The notes under the pieces were generated by a model, which did not search any database, had not been told where the DNA came from, and worked only from the letters and a program-made list of their open reading frames with translations. Source: Gammaproteobacteria bacterium (GTDB lineage Bacteria > Pseudomonadota > Gammaproteobacteria > JAUZRS01). Taken from it: a stretch of 64,000 nucleotides of DNA. Made by a program: the position numbers and the translations under genes. This document shows, one piece after another, positions 17,623 to 26,721 of this stretch (position 1 is the stretch's first letter; every line of letters begins with the position of its first letter). The stretch lies in NCBI GenBank assembly GCA_030949385.1, contig JAUZSP010000007.1, positions 67,210 to 131,209 on the forward strand, written 5' to 3'.

Positions 17623-18780
17623 ATGCTCAAACTGTTACCTCGTAATGCCGGTATTTGGGTTGGCGACTATCTGCGCCAACGTCTTAGCTGTCCCACACCC
17701 AAACCGACCCCAGAGAACCCGACACACATTCTCTTCTGTTTGGTCGATCATTACGAACCGCGCTGGGGCACCCCCCCCCGCGAGCAAGAGTTCGCCCGAG
17801 TGGATTACTGGCTGGAACAGTACCCAAAAATGGCCGCTCAGTTCACCGACAGCGACGGTTTTAACCCGCGCCACAGCTACTTTTTCCCCTACGACGAATA
17901 CGAAGCGGAACACATCGAATCCCTCGCTCAGCTCTGCGAACAGGGCTACGGCGAGATCGAAGTACACCTGCACCATCGTCACGATACAGACGCCGGTTTT
18001 CGCCAGAAAATGAACGACTTCGTCGAAATTCTGCACCAGCAACACAACGCCTTGGGCATCAACAAAGAGGACGGCAAGCCCAAATACGCCTTTATTCACG
18101 GCAACTGGGCGCTGAACAACTCACGCCCCGATGGCGATTGGTGTGGGGTCGATAACGAGAGTCAAATTTTAGTCGAGACCGGCTGTTTTGTGGACATGAC
18201 CATGCCCTCCGCTCCCAGCGACACCCAGACCCAAAAGGTCAACAGCATCTATTACGGCAACGAATTTAATGGCAAAGCCAAATGCCACGACTTTGGCGAT
18301 GACATTCGAGTCGGCACCCCACAGCAAGAAAAACTCATGCTGATTCAAGGTCCCTTAATGCTGAACTGGAAAAACCGCAGCAAAGGCCTGATTCCCAAAA
18401 TCGAAAACGCCGAATTGGACGCCGACAACCCACCCACTCTGGATCGGGTCAAACTCTGGCCAAAAGCCAACGTGCATGTGATGGGGAGACTCGACTGGCA
18501 GTTCATCAAACTGCACACCCACGGAGCGGGTGAAGCCAACGCCACCACCCTACTGGAAAAAGAGGGCGTGGAGATGCACCAACATCTGGCCACACTCTAC
18601 AAAGACGACCCCTGTTATCGCCTCCACTACGTCACCGCTCGTGAAATGAGCAACATCGCGCTGGCGGCGCAAGACGGCAAAAGCGGCAACCCCAATCAAT
18701 ACCGTGACTACAAAATATTGCCTTCAAGCCGCTGGACGCAGCAGAGTGCCAAACCCACGAAAAAAGTCTCCGGCTTATGA
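17623..18780 (+). CDS. Conserved hypothetical protein, possible polysaccharide deacetylase-like metalloenzyme
   Basis: 385 aa with host-like codon usage; DHYEP, EVHLHH, FIHGNWAL and KLHTHG motifs; 4-nt overlap with the next GT4 gene. Confidence 0.55.
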   Translation: MLKLLPRNAGIWVGDYLRQRLSCPTPKPTPENPTHILFCLVDHYEPRWGTPPREQEFARVDYWLEQYPKMAAQFTDSDGFNPRHSYFFPYDEYEAEHIESLAQLCEQGYGEIEVHLHHRHDTDAGFRQKMNDFVEILHQQHNALGINKEDGKPKYAFIHGNWALNNSRPDGDWCGVDNESQILVETGCFVDMTMPSAPSDTQTQKVNSIYYGNEFNGKAKCHDFGDDIRVGTPQQEKLMLIQGPLMLNWKNRSKGLIPKIENAELDADNPPTLDRVKLWPKANVHVMGRLDWQFIKLHTHGAGEANATTLLEKEGVEMHQHLATLYKDDPCYRLHYVTAREMSNIALAAQDGKSGNPNQYRDYKILPSSRWTQQSAKPTKKVSGL

Positions 18781-19874
18781 GTGAACAGCCCAAAATACGG
18801 GTGATGCTGATGAACGATTCGCTCAATATGGGCGGCGCTGAAACCATGATTTTCAGCCTCATCTGTGATCTGGATGCCCAACGCATCACACCCTACGCCC
18901 TCTCCATGTCCGTTGATGATGCCCTCAAACAGACCTTTTTAGACACAGGCATCCCCGTCTATGAGTGCCCGAAAGGATCCGGCTTAGATTGGAAACTGCC
19001 GCTGCGCATCGCCAAAATTTTACGCCGCGAAAAAATCGAAATCCTACACACCCACAACTTTGCCTCATGGCTCTGGGGCGGGCTGGCCAGCCTCTTTGCC
19101 CCACGTTGTAAATTGGTACATACACAGCACTCCAACATCGTCCTCAACCGCCTACCACCCAAACCGCTGCGCGCCTTGCTGGCACGGATCAGCAAAAAAG
19201 TGGTGACGGTCAGCGACCCCGTGGCCGAGCATCTGCAACGGGACGGTTTTGCCCCCGCCAACAAACTGCAAGTGATCTACAACGGCATCCCTCTCAAACC
19301 CGAGCAGCACGCCAAAGACCCTGATTATCGTCATCTGGCCATAGTGGCGCGTTTGGTGCCAGTGAAAAACCACGAATTATTGATTCGCAGCTTTGCCCAA
19401 GCCTGCCAACTGCAAAACAACATCAAACTGGACATTCTTGGCGATGGCCCCTTGCGAGATGAACTACAGCACCTCAGCAACAGCCTCGGCATGGACAGCA
19501 AAATCAAGTTTTGGGGCGAAGTCCCCAACGCCCGCGCTCTGATGACCAGCTTTGATGCCTTTGTGCTTAGCTCCCTCAGCGAAGGGCTTTCCATCTCCAT
19601 TTTGGAAGCCCTCGCCGCCGGTCTGCCGGTAATCGCCACCGATGTGGGTGGCAATGGCACCTTGGTACAGCATCAAAAAAATGGCTTACTGGTGCCGTCA
19701 GAAGATCAAGATCAACTGGCGGCGGCCATCAATCGCCTCTTAGGTGATAAAAAATTGCGCGAACAGATGAGCAAAAAAAGTCTGCACATCGTCACCGAAG
19801 GCTTTTCCAATCAGACCATGGTTGATCATTACCAACAGATTTACGCCCACGCTTTGGGACGAACCACGTTGTAA
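18777..19874 (+). CDS. Glycosyltransferase family 4
   Basis: GGAE N-terminal loop, ARLVPVKNH, EGLSISILE (EX7E), ATDVGG. Confidence 0.9.
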   Translation: MSEQPKIRVMLMNDSLNMGGAETMIFSLICDLDAQRITPYALSMSVDDALKQTFLDTGIPVYECPKGSGLDWKLPLRIAKILRREKIEILHTHNFASWLWGGLASLFAPRCKLVHTQHSNIVLNRLPPKPLRALLARISKKVVTVSDPVAEHLQRDGFAPANKLQVIYNGIPLKPEQHAKDPDYRHLAIVARLVPVKNHELLIRSFAQACQLQNNIKLDILGDGPLRDELQHLSNSLGMDSKIKFWGEVPNARALMTSFDAFVLSSLSEGLSISILEALAAGLPVIATDVGGNGTLVQHQKNGLLVPSEDQDQLAAAINRLLGDKKLREQMSKKSLHIVTEGFSNQTMVDHYQQIYAHALGRTTL

Positions 19875-19916
19875 ACCCATGTTGATCTTCATTAAAATAA
19901 GAGGCTACCGCCAACC

Positions 19917-21047
19917 ATGCCAACCCCGCTAAAACTGATTCACGTCATCAGTGCCAACGATGTCTTTGGCCCTGAAAAAACCACCATCAACGAATGCCGC
20001 GCTCTGATCAAAGAAGGCTGGGATTGCCAGATCATCAACTTCTGGGACACCGACGACATTCCCATTCGCGCCAAAGCCGAGGCAGCCGGTGTCCCTTATC
20101 GCTGCATTATCAGCAAAAAACGCTTTGATAACGGCGTGGTCGCGAAGCTGAAAAAGACCTTTAAAGAGACCGGCTGCGATCTGGTTCACAGCCACGGTTA
20201 CAAATCCGACCTCTACTGCCATTTGGCGGCGCGCAAACTGCCCACCAAAACCGTCACCACCATTCACGGCTGGACCTCTGAAGATTTTAAAGTGCGCCTG
20301 TATGAAAAAATGCAGGCCTTTATTTGGCGTTTTTACGACCGTGTGTTTGCCGTCTCGCGTCAGTATCGAGACATTGCAATCAAAAAAGGCGTGCCGCACA
20401 ACAAATTGCACATTCTTTACAACGGCATCATCTACGACCCCAAAGCGCCCCGCTCCAGCGCAGAAGACAAACAGCACGCCCGCAAAAAATTTGGCCTTAA
20501 AGAAGGCGACATCAGCATCGGCATTGTGGGGCGACTCAGCATTGAAAAAGCCCACGATTTTTACCTAGAAGTCGCCGCTCTGGTGGTCAAAGAGCAGCCG
20601 CAAGCCAAATTTTTGATCATCGGTGATGGTTTGCAACGAGATGCCTTAGAGCGGCAGGTGCAGAAACTGGGCATCGCTGACAACGTGATTTTTGCCGGTC
20701 ATGTGGACGACATGCAAAGCGCCTACGACGCGATGGACATCGAGGCCATTTGCTCTCATCGTGAAGGGCTGCCCAACGCCCTACTGGAAGCGATGTTAAA
20801 CGAAATCCCCGTAGTCTCCGTCGCCGTGGGCGGTGTTCCCGATGTGGTGGAAGGTGAACAGGGCGGGATCATTATCAACACCCGTGATCAGAAAAAGTTT
20901 GCCCGCAAACTCAAAAAACTGATCGAAAGCAGCGAACTACGCCAACAACTGGGCAAAAAAGGCCGCCGCCAGATCAAACAGAACTTCACCTTCCAGCGCC
21001 GTTTGGAACTGGTAACCCAACACTACCGCGAACTGATTGGCGCTTAA
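19917..21047 (+). CDS. Glycosyltransferase family 4
   Basis: HSHGYK, GRLSIEKAH, EGLPNALLE (EX7E), VGGVPDVV. Confidence 0.9.
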   Translation: MPTPLKLIHVISANDVFGPEKTTINECRALIKEGWDCQIINFWDTDDIPIRAKAEAAGVPYRCIISKKRFDNGVVAKLKKTFKETGCDLVHSHGYKSDLYCHLAARKLPTKTVTTIHGWTSEDFKVRLYEKMQAFIWRFYDRVFAVSRQYRDIAIKKGVPHNKLHILYNGIIYDPKAPRSSAEDKQHARKKFGLKEGDISIGIVGRLSIEKAHDFYLEVAALVVKEQPQAKFLIIGDGLQRDALERQVQKLGIADNVIFAGHVDDMQSAYDAMDIEAICSHREGLPNALLEAMLNEIPVVSVAVGGVPDVVEGEQGGIIINTRDQKKFARKLKKLIESSELRQQLGKKGRRQIKQNFTFQRRLELVTQHYRELIGA

Positions 21048-21061
21048 TTAAAGGATCTCTT

Positions 21062-22219
21062 ATGCCCATTGCCGCTTACCCGCTGCTGCTGCTGTTTTTT
21101 CTGCTCGGCGGCTTTTTCCTCTATCTGCTGTTGCTCGCCTTTTGGGGGATCAAAGTTCGCCCCACAAGCAGTGAACCCCCCGCCTACCGTTTTAAACTGT
21201 TAATCGCCGCCCACAACGAAGAGCACAGCCTTGATGGCCTGATGCAGTCGATCAAAAACGCCAACTACCCCAAAGAATTAATCCAAACTCAATTTATTGC
21301 CGACCACTGCGACGACGCCACCGTCGAGGTCATTCGTGGGCAAGGCTTTGAGGTCATTGACCGTCAGCAAGGGGCGCGAGGCAAATCCGCCTCCATTGCT
21401 GAGGCGATGAATAAGCTGATCCCCGATCTGGATGAAGAGAAAGACGTGGTGCTGATTTTTGATGCAGACAACCTTATTGACCGCGAATTTTTTAATGAAA
21501 TGGCCAAAGCCTTAGCCAACGGTGCCGAGGTGGTACAAGGCAACACCGGCATTCACAATCGCTACGCCAGCCTCTTTACCAAACTCAATCACGTTAATTT
21601 TGCCGTCACCAATCGTTTTAAAGAGCTGGCGCGCAGCCAAGCCGGTCTCACCTGTCGTTTGCGTGGCCACGGCATGGCCTTTCGTCCCTCGTTGATCAAG
21701 CAGCTCAACTGGCAAGCGGGTACTTTGGTGGAAGATCAAGAGATGGTGTTGCAGTTGGTGCTCAAAGACCAGCGGGTTCGATGGGCGCATCGAGCTGAAG
21801 TCAACAGCGTCATTCCCGACTCACCCAAAGCCGCTGCGGCGCAGCGCAAACGCTGGGCAGGAGGCAAAAGCGAGCTGACCAAAAACGCCACCCGAGTGTT
21901 ATTCGACAAAGCCCGCACGGATAAAAGCCCGATTGCCTTTGATCTGATGATGGATTATATAATGCCCTCCTACGCCATTCAGCTCGGCCTGATTATGCTC
22001 TCGACGCTGGCCGCTTGGTTTTTCCTCGGCAACGAAAACTGCCTAACGCACGGCTTTATTCTGCTCACCGTGGCCTTTTTGAGTTATTACTTTATCGCCA
22101 GCCTATTGGAAAAAGTGCCGGTTTTGGTCTTTGCCACCTTTCTGCTCTCGCCCTTTTTCATCTTCTGGCGCGTCTGGATCTTTATCAGCAGCCTACGCGG
22201 AGCCAAAAGCTGGGATTGA
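21062..22219 (+). CDS. Membrane glycosyltransferase family 2 with processive-type motifs
   Basis: IAAHNEE, DAD (DxD), ED and QRKRW (QxxRW); N- and C-terminal TM helices. Confidence 0.88.
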   Translation: MPIAAYPLLLLFFLLGGFFLYLLLLAFWGIKVRPTSSEPPAYRFKLLIAAHNEEHSLDGLMQSIKNANYPKELIQTQFIADHCDDATVEVIRGQGFEVIDRQQGARGKSASIAEAMNKLIPDLDEEKDVVLIFDADNLIDREFFNEMAKALANGAEVVQGNTGIHNRYASLFTKLNHVNFAVTNRFKELARSQAGLTCRLRGHGMAFRPSLIKQLNWQAGTLVEDQEMVLQLVLKDQRVRWAHRAEVNSVIPDSPKAAAAQRKRWAGGKSELTKNATRVLFDKARTDKSPIAFDLMMDYIMPSYAIQLGLIMLSTLAAWFFLGNENCLTHGFILLTVAFLSYYFIASLLEKVPVLVFATFLLSPFFIFWRVWIFISSLRGAKSWD

Positions 22220-22231
22220 TGCCCTACACGC

Positions 22232-22663
22232 CTATTCCCGCCTACGCGGGAATTGACGACCGGCCAAATCATCCAACTCCTTCTGCTCTTTTTTATCCGC
22301 CTGTTGCCTCTCACCCGCCACTAAATTCTGTTGATAGGTGTCAATCACACTCTGTTTTTGATGAGCTGCTCGCCACAACAACAACTGCTGCTGATATTTT
22401 AATTCAAAATCAACAATCACCTGCTGTTGAATCTCAACGGTTTGGCTGATTTTAGCCACAAAACCTTGGTACGACTGAAACTGGTTTACCGAACAATCCG
22501 TAGGTCGTTGGGTGACGTATTCATCACGATAATCCAATAATTGTTGTAACTGGGTTTGTTGTTGAAACAGCGCGTTTTTGGCTTCTGCCAACGCACATTC
22601 GGCCTGCTTTTCTTTCTGTATATAAATCGACTGAATGCCCTGAATACGCTTTGATGCCTGCAC
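22232..22663 (-). CDS. fliJ: Flagellar export protein FliJ
   Basis: QLQQLLDYRDEY, FQSYQGFVAKI, EQKELDDLA; GTG start preceded by GGAG; follows fliI. Confidence 0.9.
   Translation of the reverse strand: MQASKRIQGIQSIYIQKEKQAECALAEAKNALFQQQTQLQQLLDYRDEYVTQRPTDCSVNQFQSYQGFVAKISQTVEIQQQVIVDFELKYQQQLLLWRAAHQKQSVIDTYQQNLVAGERQQADKKEQKELDDLAGRQFPRRRE
22234..22253. repeat. ATTCCC-N8-GGGAAT palindrome (dRS3/REP-like) inside the fliJ 3' end
   Basis: ATTCCCGC-CTAC-GCGGGAAT, 8-bp perfect stem; encodes the terminal FPRRRE of FliJ. Confidence 0.55.
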
Positions 22664-22673
22664 ACGTCACTCC
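22656..22673. repeat. 18-bp direct repeat, copy 1 (contains the fliJ RBS and GTG start)
   Basis: gcctgcacacgtcactcc, identical to 23610-23627; extends to 22 bp with one mismatch. Confidence 0.9.
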
Positions 22674-22712
22674 ATTAGCTTCATTTTGTCCGCGTGTAAC
22701 ACCTTGTTATGA
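22674..22712 (-). other. Putative truncated (left half) integron attC site
   Basis: Minus strand TCATAAC-AAGGT-GTTACACGCGGAC-AAAATGAAGCT; the TAA stop of the upstream gene lies in the RYYYAAC-like inverse core. Confidence 0.5.
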
Positions 22713-22955
22713 AATTTCTTGCCCATGACTCCATAGCTCATACTCACTAATATCAATACTGTTATTCCAAGCTACGGCATAACCACCCTGCTCTACTTGA
22801 ACCGCCTTGAATAAAGCTTGATTTTTTAATGGAGAAAACATCTCTTTAGCCAGCAATGGAGTTATATCATATTTTCTTTTATGATTATTATTAAACTCAA
22901 CGATCAAGGTATGATCATCAATAGCTTTTACCGATTTTATTTTTGGATATGTCAT
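22707..22955 (-). CDS. DUF2442-like protein (putative antitoxin)
   Basis: 82 aa; IKSVKAIDDHTLIVEFNN, F..V.V..GG..VAWNNSIDI..YELW pattern. Confidence 0.75.
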   Translation of the reverse strand: MTYPKIKSVKAIDDHTLIVEFNNNHKRKYDITPLLAKEMFSPLKNQALFKAVQVEQGGYAVAWNNSIDISEYELWSHGQEIS

Positions 22956-22957
22956 TT

Positions 22958-23206
22958 TTAATTCAATGGTTGTAGTTTGTGGAATTCCTGACTATCCCAC
23001 ATCTGTTTCAATTCATGCTTGTTAATGGTAGCCCACTCAACAACCAGTTTTTTGGCTCTTTTTGGTAAATCTCCTTCTATCATTTCAAGGGTGTTTATGC
23101 TGAACAAGCCAACATACTCACCATAAACCGCATGAAAATGTGGTGGCGGATGATCTCCAAAAAATAACTTTATGACTATTCCGTAAAATCTTGCTATTTC
23201 AGGCAT
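22958..23206 (-). CDS. DUF4160-like protein (putative toxin)
   Basis: 82 aa; MPEIARFYGIVI.LF..DHPPPHFHA.YG, G.LP.RA..LV.EWA pattern. Confidence 0.8.
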   Translation of the reverse strand: MPEIARFYGIVIKLFFGDHPPPHFHAVYGEYVGLFSINTLEMIEGDLPKRAKKLVVEWATINKHELKQMWDSQEFHKLQPLN

Positions 23207-23609
23207 GTTGCTTCCTCATATTTTTTTCTGTAACGACTGCAATAATTGGCGTTTTATAAAAATATTTCTGAATGGACGACCCACAGCACCCACTCCGCCT
23301 CTGTAATAAATAGCCAATTCTTAAAGGCCAACCACCTCTTCTGTAAGCAGAAACATATACATCAAATAGAACAATATTACCATAAAAAATACGGCCATTG
23401 GCCATTATCAGTAAAATCAAAATAATCTATTAAAACCTAATATTGCACCCTGAGTGAAAAAACATGCAAACAATTCCCCTCCCCTGGAGAGGTGACTCAA
23501 AAAAGTGGGGGCTAATTTCTGCAACCAAGGGAAATAATGAGGAACGTTCAGCTAAGCCTCACAATTAAGTAGCACGAAAGCCTTGTCAAGGCATAACATC
23601 CATTTAGGA

Positions 23610-23627
23610 GCCTGCACACGTCACTCC
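23610..23627. repeat. 18-bp direct repeat, copy 2 (immediately after the fliI stop)
   Basis: gcctgcacacgtcactcc, identical to 22656-22673. Confidence 0.9.
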
Positions 23628-23628
23628 G

Positions 23629-24987
23629 TTATTGTGCCTCCGGCAGGGCTTGTTTTAACTCCGCCAAAGACTCGACCAAGGTTACTTTTTCTGACATATT
23701 TTGCGCCAAAAAAGCCATCAACCTTGGATGCTGTTCAATCGCTTCATCAATGCTCGGATCGCTGCCTTTTTGATAAGCCCCCACATTGATTAAATCTTCA
23801 TTTTGCAGGTATTTTGAGTACATTTTCCGAAACCGCTGCGCGCTCTGCTGATGATCTTGATCGGTAATCGCTGTCATACAACGGCTAATAGAAGCCTCAA
23901 TGTCAATGGCAGGAAAATGCGCCTGCTCGGCCAGCCTCCTTGCCAACACAATGTGACCATCCAAAATGGCGCGCGCCGAATCGGCAATGGGGTCATTTTG
24001 ATCATCGCCCTCCACCAGCACGGTATAAAACGCGGTAATCGAACCGCCTTGATCACCGCCGTTACCGGCGCGCTCCACCAACTGCGGCAGTTTGGCAAAC
24101 ACCGACGGCGGATAACCTTTGGTGGCTGGAGGTTCACCAATGGAGAGGGCGATTTCACGCTGCGCTTGGGCAAAACGGGTCAACGAATCCATCAACAACA
24201 GCACGTTTTTGCCTTGATCACGAAAATATTCCGCAATGCTGTTGGCCAACAGCGAACCGTGAATGCGCATCAAAGGCGACGTGTCCGCTGGAGCCGCCAC
24301 CACCACGGCTTTTTTCATCCCTTCGTCGCCTAAAATCTCTTGGACAAACTCTTTTACCTCGCGCCCTCGTTCACCGATCAACCCCACCACCACCACATCG
24401 GCGCTGGTATGCCGAGTCATCATGCCAAGCAAAACACTTTTACCCACCCCGCTGCCTGCAAACAACCCCAAACGCTGACCTCTGCCAACGCTGATCAGGC
24501 TGTTGATCGCTCGCACGCCCACATCCAATACATCCCGAATCGGTTCACGACTTAAGGGGTTAATGGCCTTGGCATCCAGCGAAACAAACGCCTCTGCTTT
24601 GATGCTGCCTTTCAGATCCAGAGGCTGGCCGTGACCGTCCAACACCCGCCCTAAAAGCGATTCACCAACGGCAATTTTATACACCCCCTGATAGGGAATC
24701 ACGCGCGCATTGGGTACCAAACCTTGCAATGAGGTGGTGGGCATTAAAAACAGTTTGTCGCCACTAAAGCCCACCACCTCCGCTTCAATCGTCACGCCAC
24801 CAGGAGCCACAACCTGACACCGAGCACCGATGGGGGCATGACAGCCCACCGCCTCCAAGGTCAAACCCACCATGCGGGTTAATATCCCCTCCACTGGCAA
24901 GGTCGGCAGCGGCGCTAAATGAGTCCGAATGGCTTTTATCCGCAATGGCCAGCGATAACCATCGGCTAAAACCGATTCATCGACCAT
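23629..24987 (-). CDS. fliI: Flagellar export ATPase FliI
   Basis: GLFAGSGVGKS Walker A, LIGERGREV, MDSLTRFAQAQREI, GEPPATKGYPPS. Confidence 0.97.
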   Translation of the reverse strand: MVDESVLADGYRWPLRIKAIRTHLAPLPTLPVEGILTRMVGLTLEAVGCHAPIGARCQVVAPGGVTIEAEVVGFSGDKLFLMPTTSLQGLVPNARVIPYQGVYKIAVGESLLGRVLDGHGQPLDLKGSIKAEAFVSLDAKAINPLSREPIRDVLDVGVRAINSLISVGRGQRLGLFAGSGVGKSVLLGMMTRHTSADVVVVGLIGERGREVKEFVQEILGDEGMKKAVVVAAPADTSPLMRIHGSLLANSIAEYFRDQGKNVLLLMDSLTRFAQAQREIALSIGEPPATKGYPPSVFAKLPQLVERAGNGGDQGGSITAFYTVLVEGDDQNDPIADSARAILDGHIVLARRLAEQAHFPAIDIEASISRCMTAITDQDHQQSAQRFRKMYSKYLQNEDLINVGAYQKGSDPSIDEAIEQHPRLMAFLAQNMSEKVTLVESLAELKQALPEAQ

Positions 24988-25693
24988 CGGCTTCTCTCAC
25001 ACCGCCCAACAATGACGCTGAAAGCGCGGTCAGACGCGCCTCCAAGGTGGCATCAATTTTTGAGGTTTCAGTAAAAATCTTACAGCCACCCCGAGTCAGC
25101 ATAGGGTCTTCATAGAGATGCCAGTTTTGATTGCCGTCCTCGCTCACCGAGAGCAGTTCTCGCACCAAAAGAGCATCATCGGGGTGCAAATGGATGCGTA
25201 TTTCAGCGCTGGAAGAGGGCAGCAAAGCAATGGACTCCCGCAACACCGCAATCACCTCCCCTGGCGCTGTTTTAATCTCGCGGCGCACCAACTGTTTGGC
25301 CAAGGTCAGCACCAACAACAGCAGCTCTTCTTCCGCCTGCTCAGCCAGCTCATCAAACGGGGCGTTCATCTTATGCAGCAGGCGTTCAAAGGCGACTATT
25401 TTTTCCTGCGCGCTGGCTTTTGCCTGACTCAAACCCTCCGCATAACCTTTTTTATAACCCTCTTCGTGCGCTTGACGTTCGATGCTCGCAATCTGCTCCA
25501 CACTCGGCAAAACACGCCGATCATGGCACGGCTCCAGCGTGACCTCTTGCTCTTCTCCAATAGGCGTTTTTCTCGGCGCTGGTACTGCTGGCTCTCCTTG
25601 TTCAAAATCTTCAATCACCACCCCATTAACATTGGGCAGATTCCAAGCCTGAGGCGGCCGATTTTTTTTGGCATAACTTTGATTAAGCACCAC
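24977..25693 (-). CDS. fliH: Flagellar assembly protein FliH
   Basis: AHEEGYKKGYAEG GxxxG repeats, LHPDD, RGGCKI; position between fliG and fliI. Confidence 0.92.
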   Translation of the reverse strand: MVLNQSYAKKNRPPQAWNLPNVNGVVIEDFEQGEPAVPAPRKTPIGEEQEVTLEPCHDRRVLPSVEQIASIERQAHEEGYKKGYAEGLSQAKASAQEKIVAFERLLHKMNAPFDELAEQAEEELLLLVLTLAKQLVRREIKTAPGEVIAVLRESIALLPSSSAEIRIHLHPDDALLVRELLSVSEDGNQNWHLYEDPMLTRGGCKIFTETSKIDATLEARLTALSASLLGGVREADGR

Positions 25694-25710
25694 GTTAGAA
25701 CGCCCTCTCG

Positions 25711-26721
25711 CTAAACAAATTCATCTCCCGCACTCAAAACAATCTCACCGTTTTGCTCTTTTTGCCGCGCAATACCCAAAATTTCTTTTTGCGCCGCCTC
25801 CACATCACTCAATTTCATCGGCCCTTTGGCTTCCATGTCTTCCAACAGCAAGGTCGAGGCGCGTTTTGACATATTACTCAAGAATTTATCCCGTAAATTT
25901 TCATCCGCGCCCTTTAAAGCACTGACCAACACATCGGTACTGATGTCGCGCATCAAGGCTTGAATAGCGCTGCTGTCCACATCAATTAAATTTTCAAAGA
26001 CAAACATCAAATCTTCAATGTCATCGCCCAACTCTTGATCCAACTCTTTTACAGATTCAATGATCTCTGACTCCAATGAGGAATCAACCAAGTTTAATAT
26101 CTCAGCAGCGGATTTAATTCCACCCACATTGGCTGATTTCATCGTACCTTCGGTGGAGAGGTATTTTTCAAAAATAATATCCAGCTCTTTTAAAGCCGAA
26201 GGGGGAATGCCATCCAACGTGGCAATTCTCATCAACACATCCGGACGCGTTCTCTCCGGCAGCCACTTAAGCACCTGTGCCGATTGATCACTGTCAAGAT
26301 AAGAGAGCACGATAGCAATGATTTGCGGGTGCTCCAGACGAATCACTTCCGCCACTTCTCGCGGCTCCATCCATTTTAAGGCTTCCAAACCTTGGCTATT
26401 ACCACCCAACATAATGCGATCAATGACGTTACCGGCTTTATCCTCACCCAAAGCTTTGGTTAACACGTTTCTCACATAATCATTTGAACCGATGCCTAGA
26501 GCGGTCTGATTTTTCAAATCTGTTAAAAATTCATCTAAAACCTTCTCTACTTTATCGCGAGTAATGTTGCTCATTGCACTCATACACGAACCAATACTCT
26601 GCACCTCTTTTGGGTTCATGTGAGTTAATACCGCCGAGGCCTCACCCTCACCTAAAATCATCAGCAGAACCGCCGAACGTTCTGCACCGCTTAAGCCTTC
26701 ACCCTCTTCAGCTTTCATCAA
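25711..26721 (-). CDS. fliG: Flagellar motor switch protein FliG
   Basis: EHPQIIAIVLSYL, GGIKSAAEILN, MFVFENL, FLSNMSKRA, VEAAQKEIL. Confidence 0.96.
   Translation of the reverse strand: MMKAEEGEGLSGAERSAVLLMILGEGEASAVLTHMNPKEVQSIGSCMSAMSNITRDKVEKVLDEFLTDLKNQTALGIGSNDYVRNVLTKALGEDKAGNVIDRIMLGGNSQGLEALKWMEPREVAEVIRLEHPQIIAIVLSYLDSDQSAQVLKWLPERTRPDVLMRIATLDGIPPSALKELDIIFEKYLSTEGTMKSANVGGIKSAAEILNLVDSSLESEIIESVKELDQELGDDIEDLMFVFENLIDVDSSAIQALMRDISTDVLVSALKGADENLRDKFLSNMSKRASTLLLEDMEAKGPMKLSDVEAAQKEILGIARQKEQNGEIVLSAGDEFV

Larger units (their letters stand above)
22674..23627 (-). mobile_element. 954-bp accessory insertion between fliI and fliJ flanked by direct repeats
   Basis: AT-rich segment bounded by 18-bp identical repeats; carries a two-gene TA-like pair; no recombinase gene. 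Confidence 0.75.

Noticed and set aside
22232-22260. Flagellar cluster ends at fliJ (no fliK-R, flhAB, motAB, fliA)
   Set aside because: Split flagellar clusters are common; the genes are probably elsewhere
23199-23420. 73-aa ORF inside the fliI-fliJ insertion
   Set aside because: TTG start, no RBS, no motif; cannot be supported as a gene
23474-23495. TTCCCCTCCCCTGGAGAGGTGA, resembling a repeat-type palindrome
   Set aside because: Arms pair poorly and there is a single copy in the window
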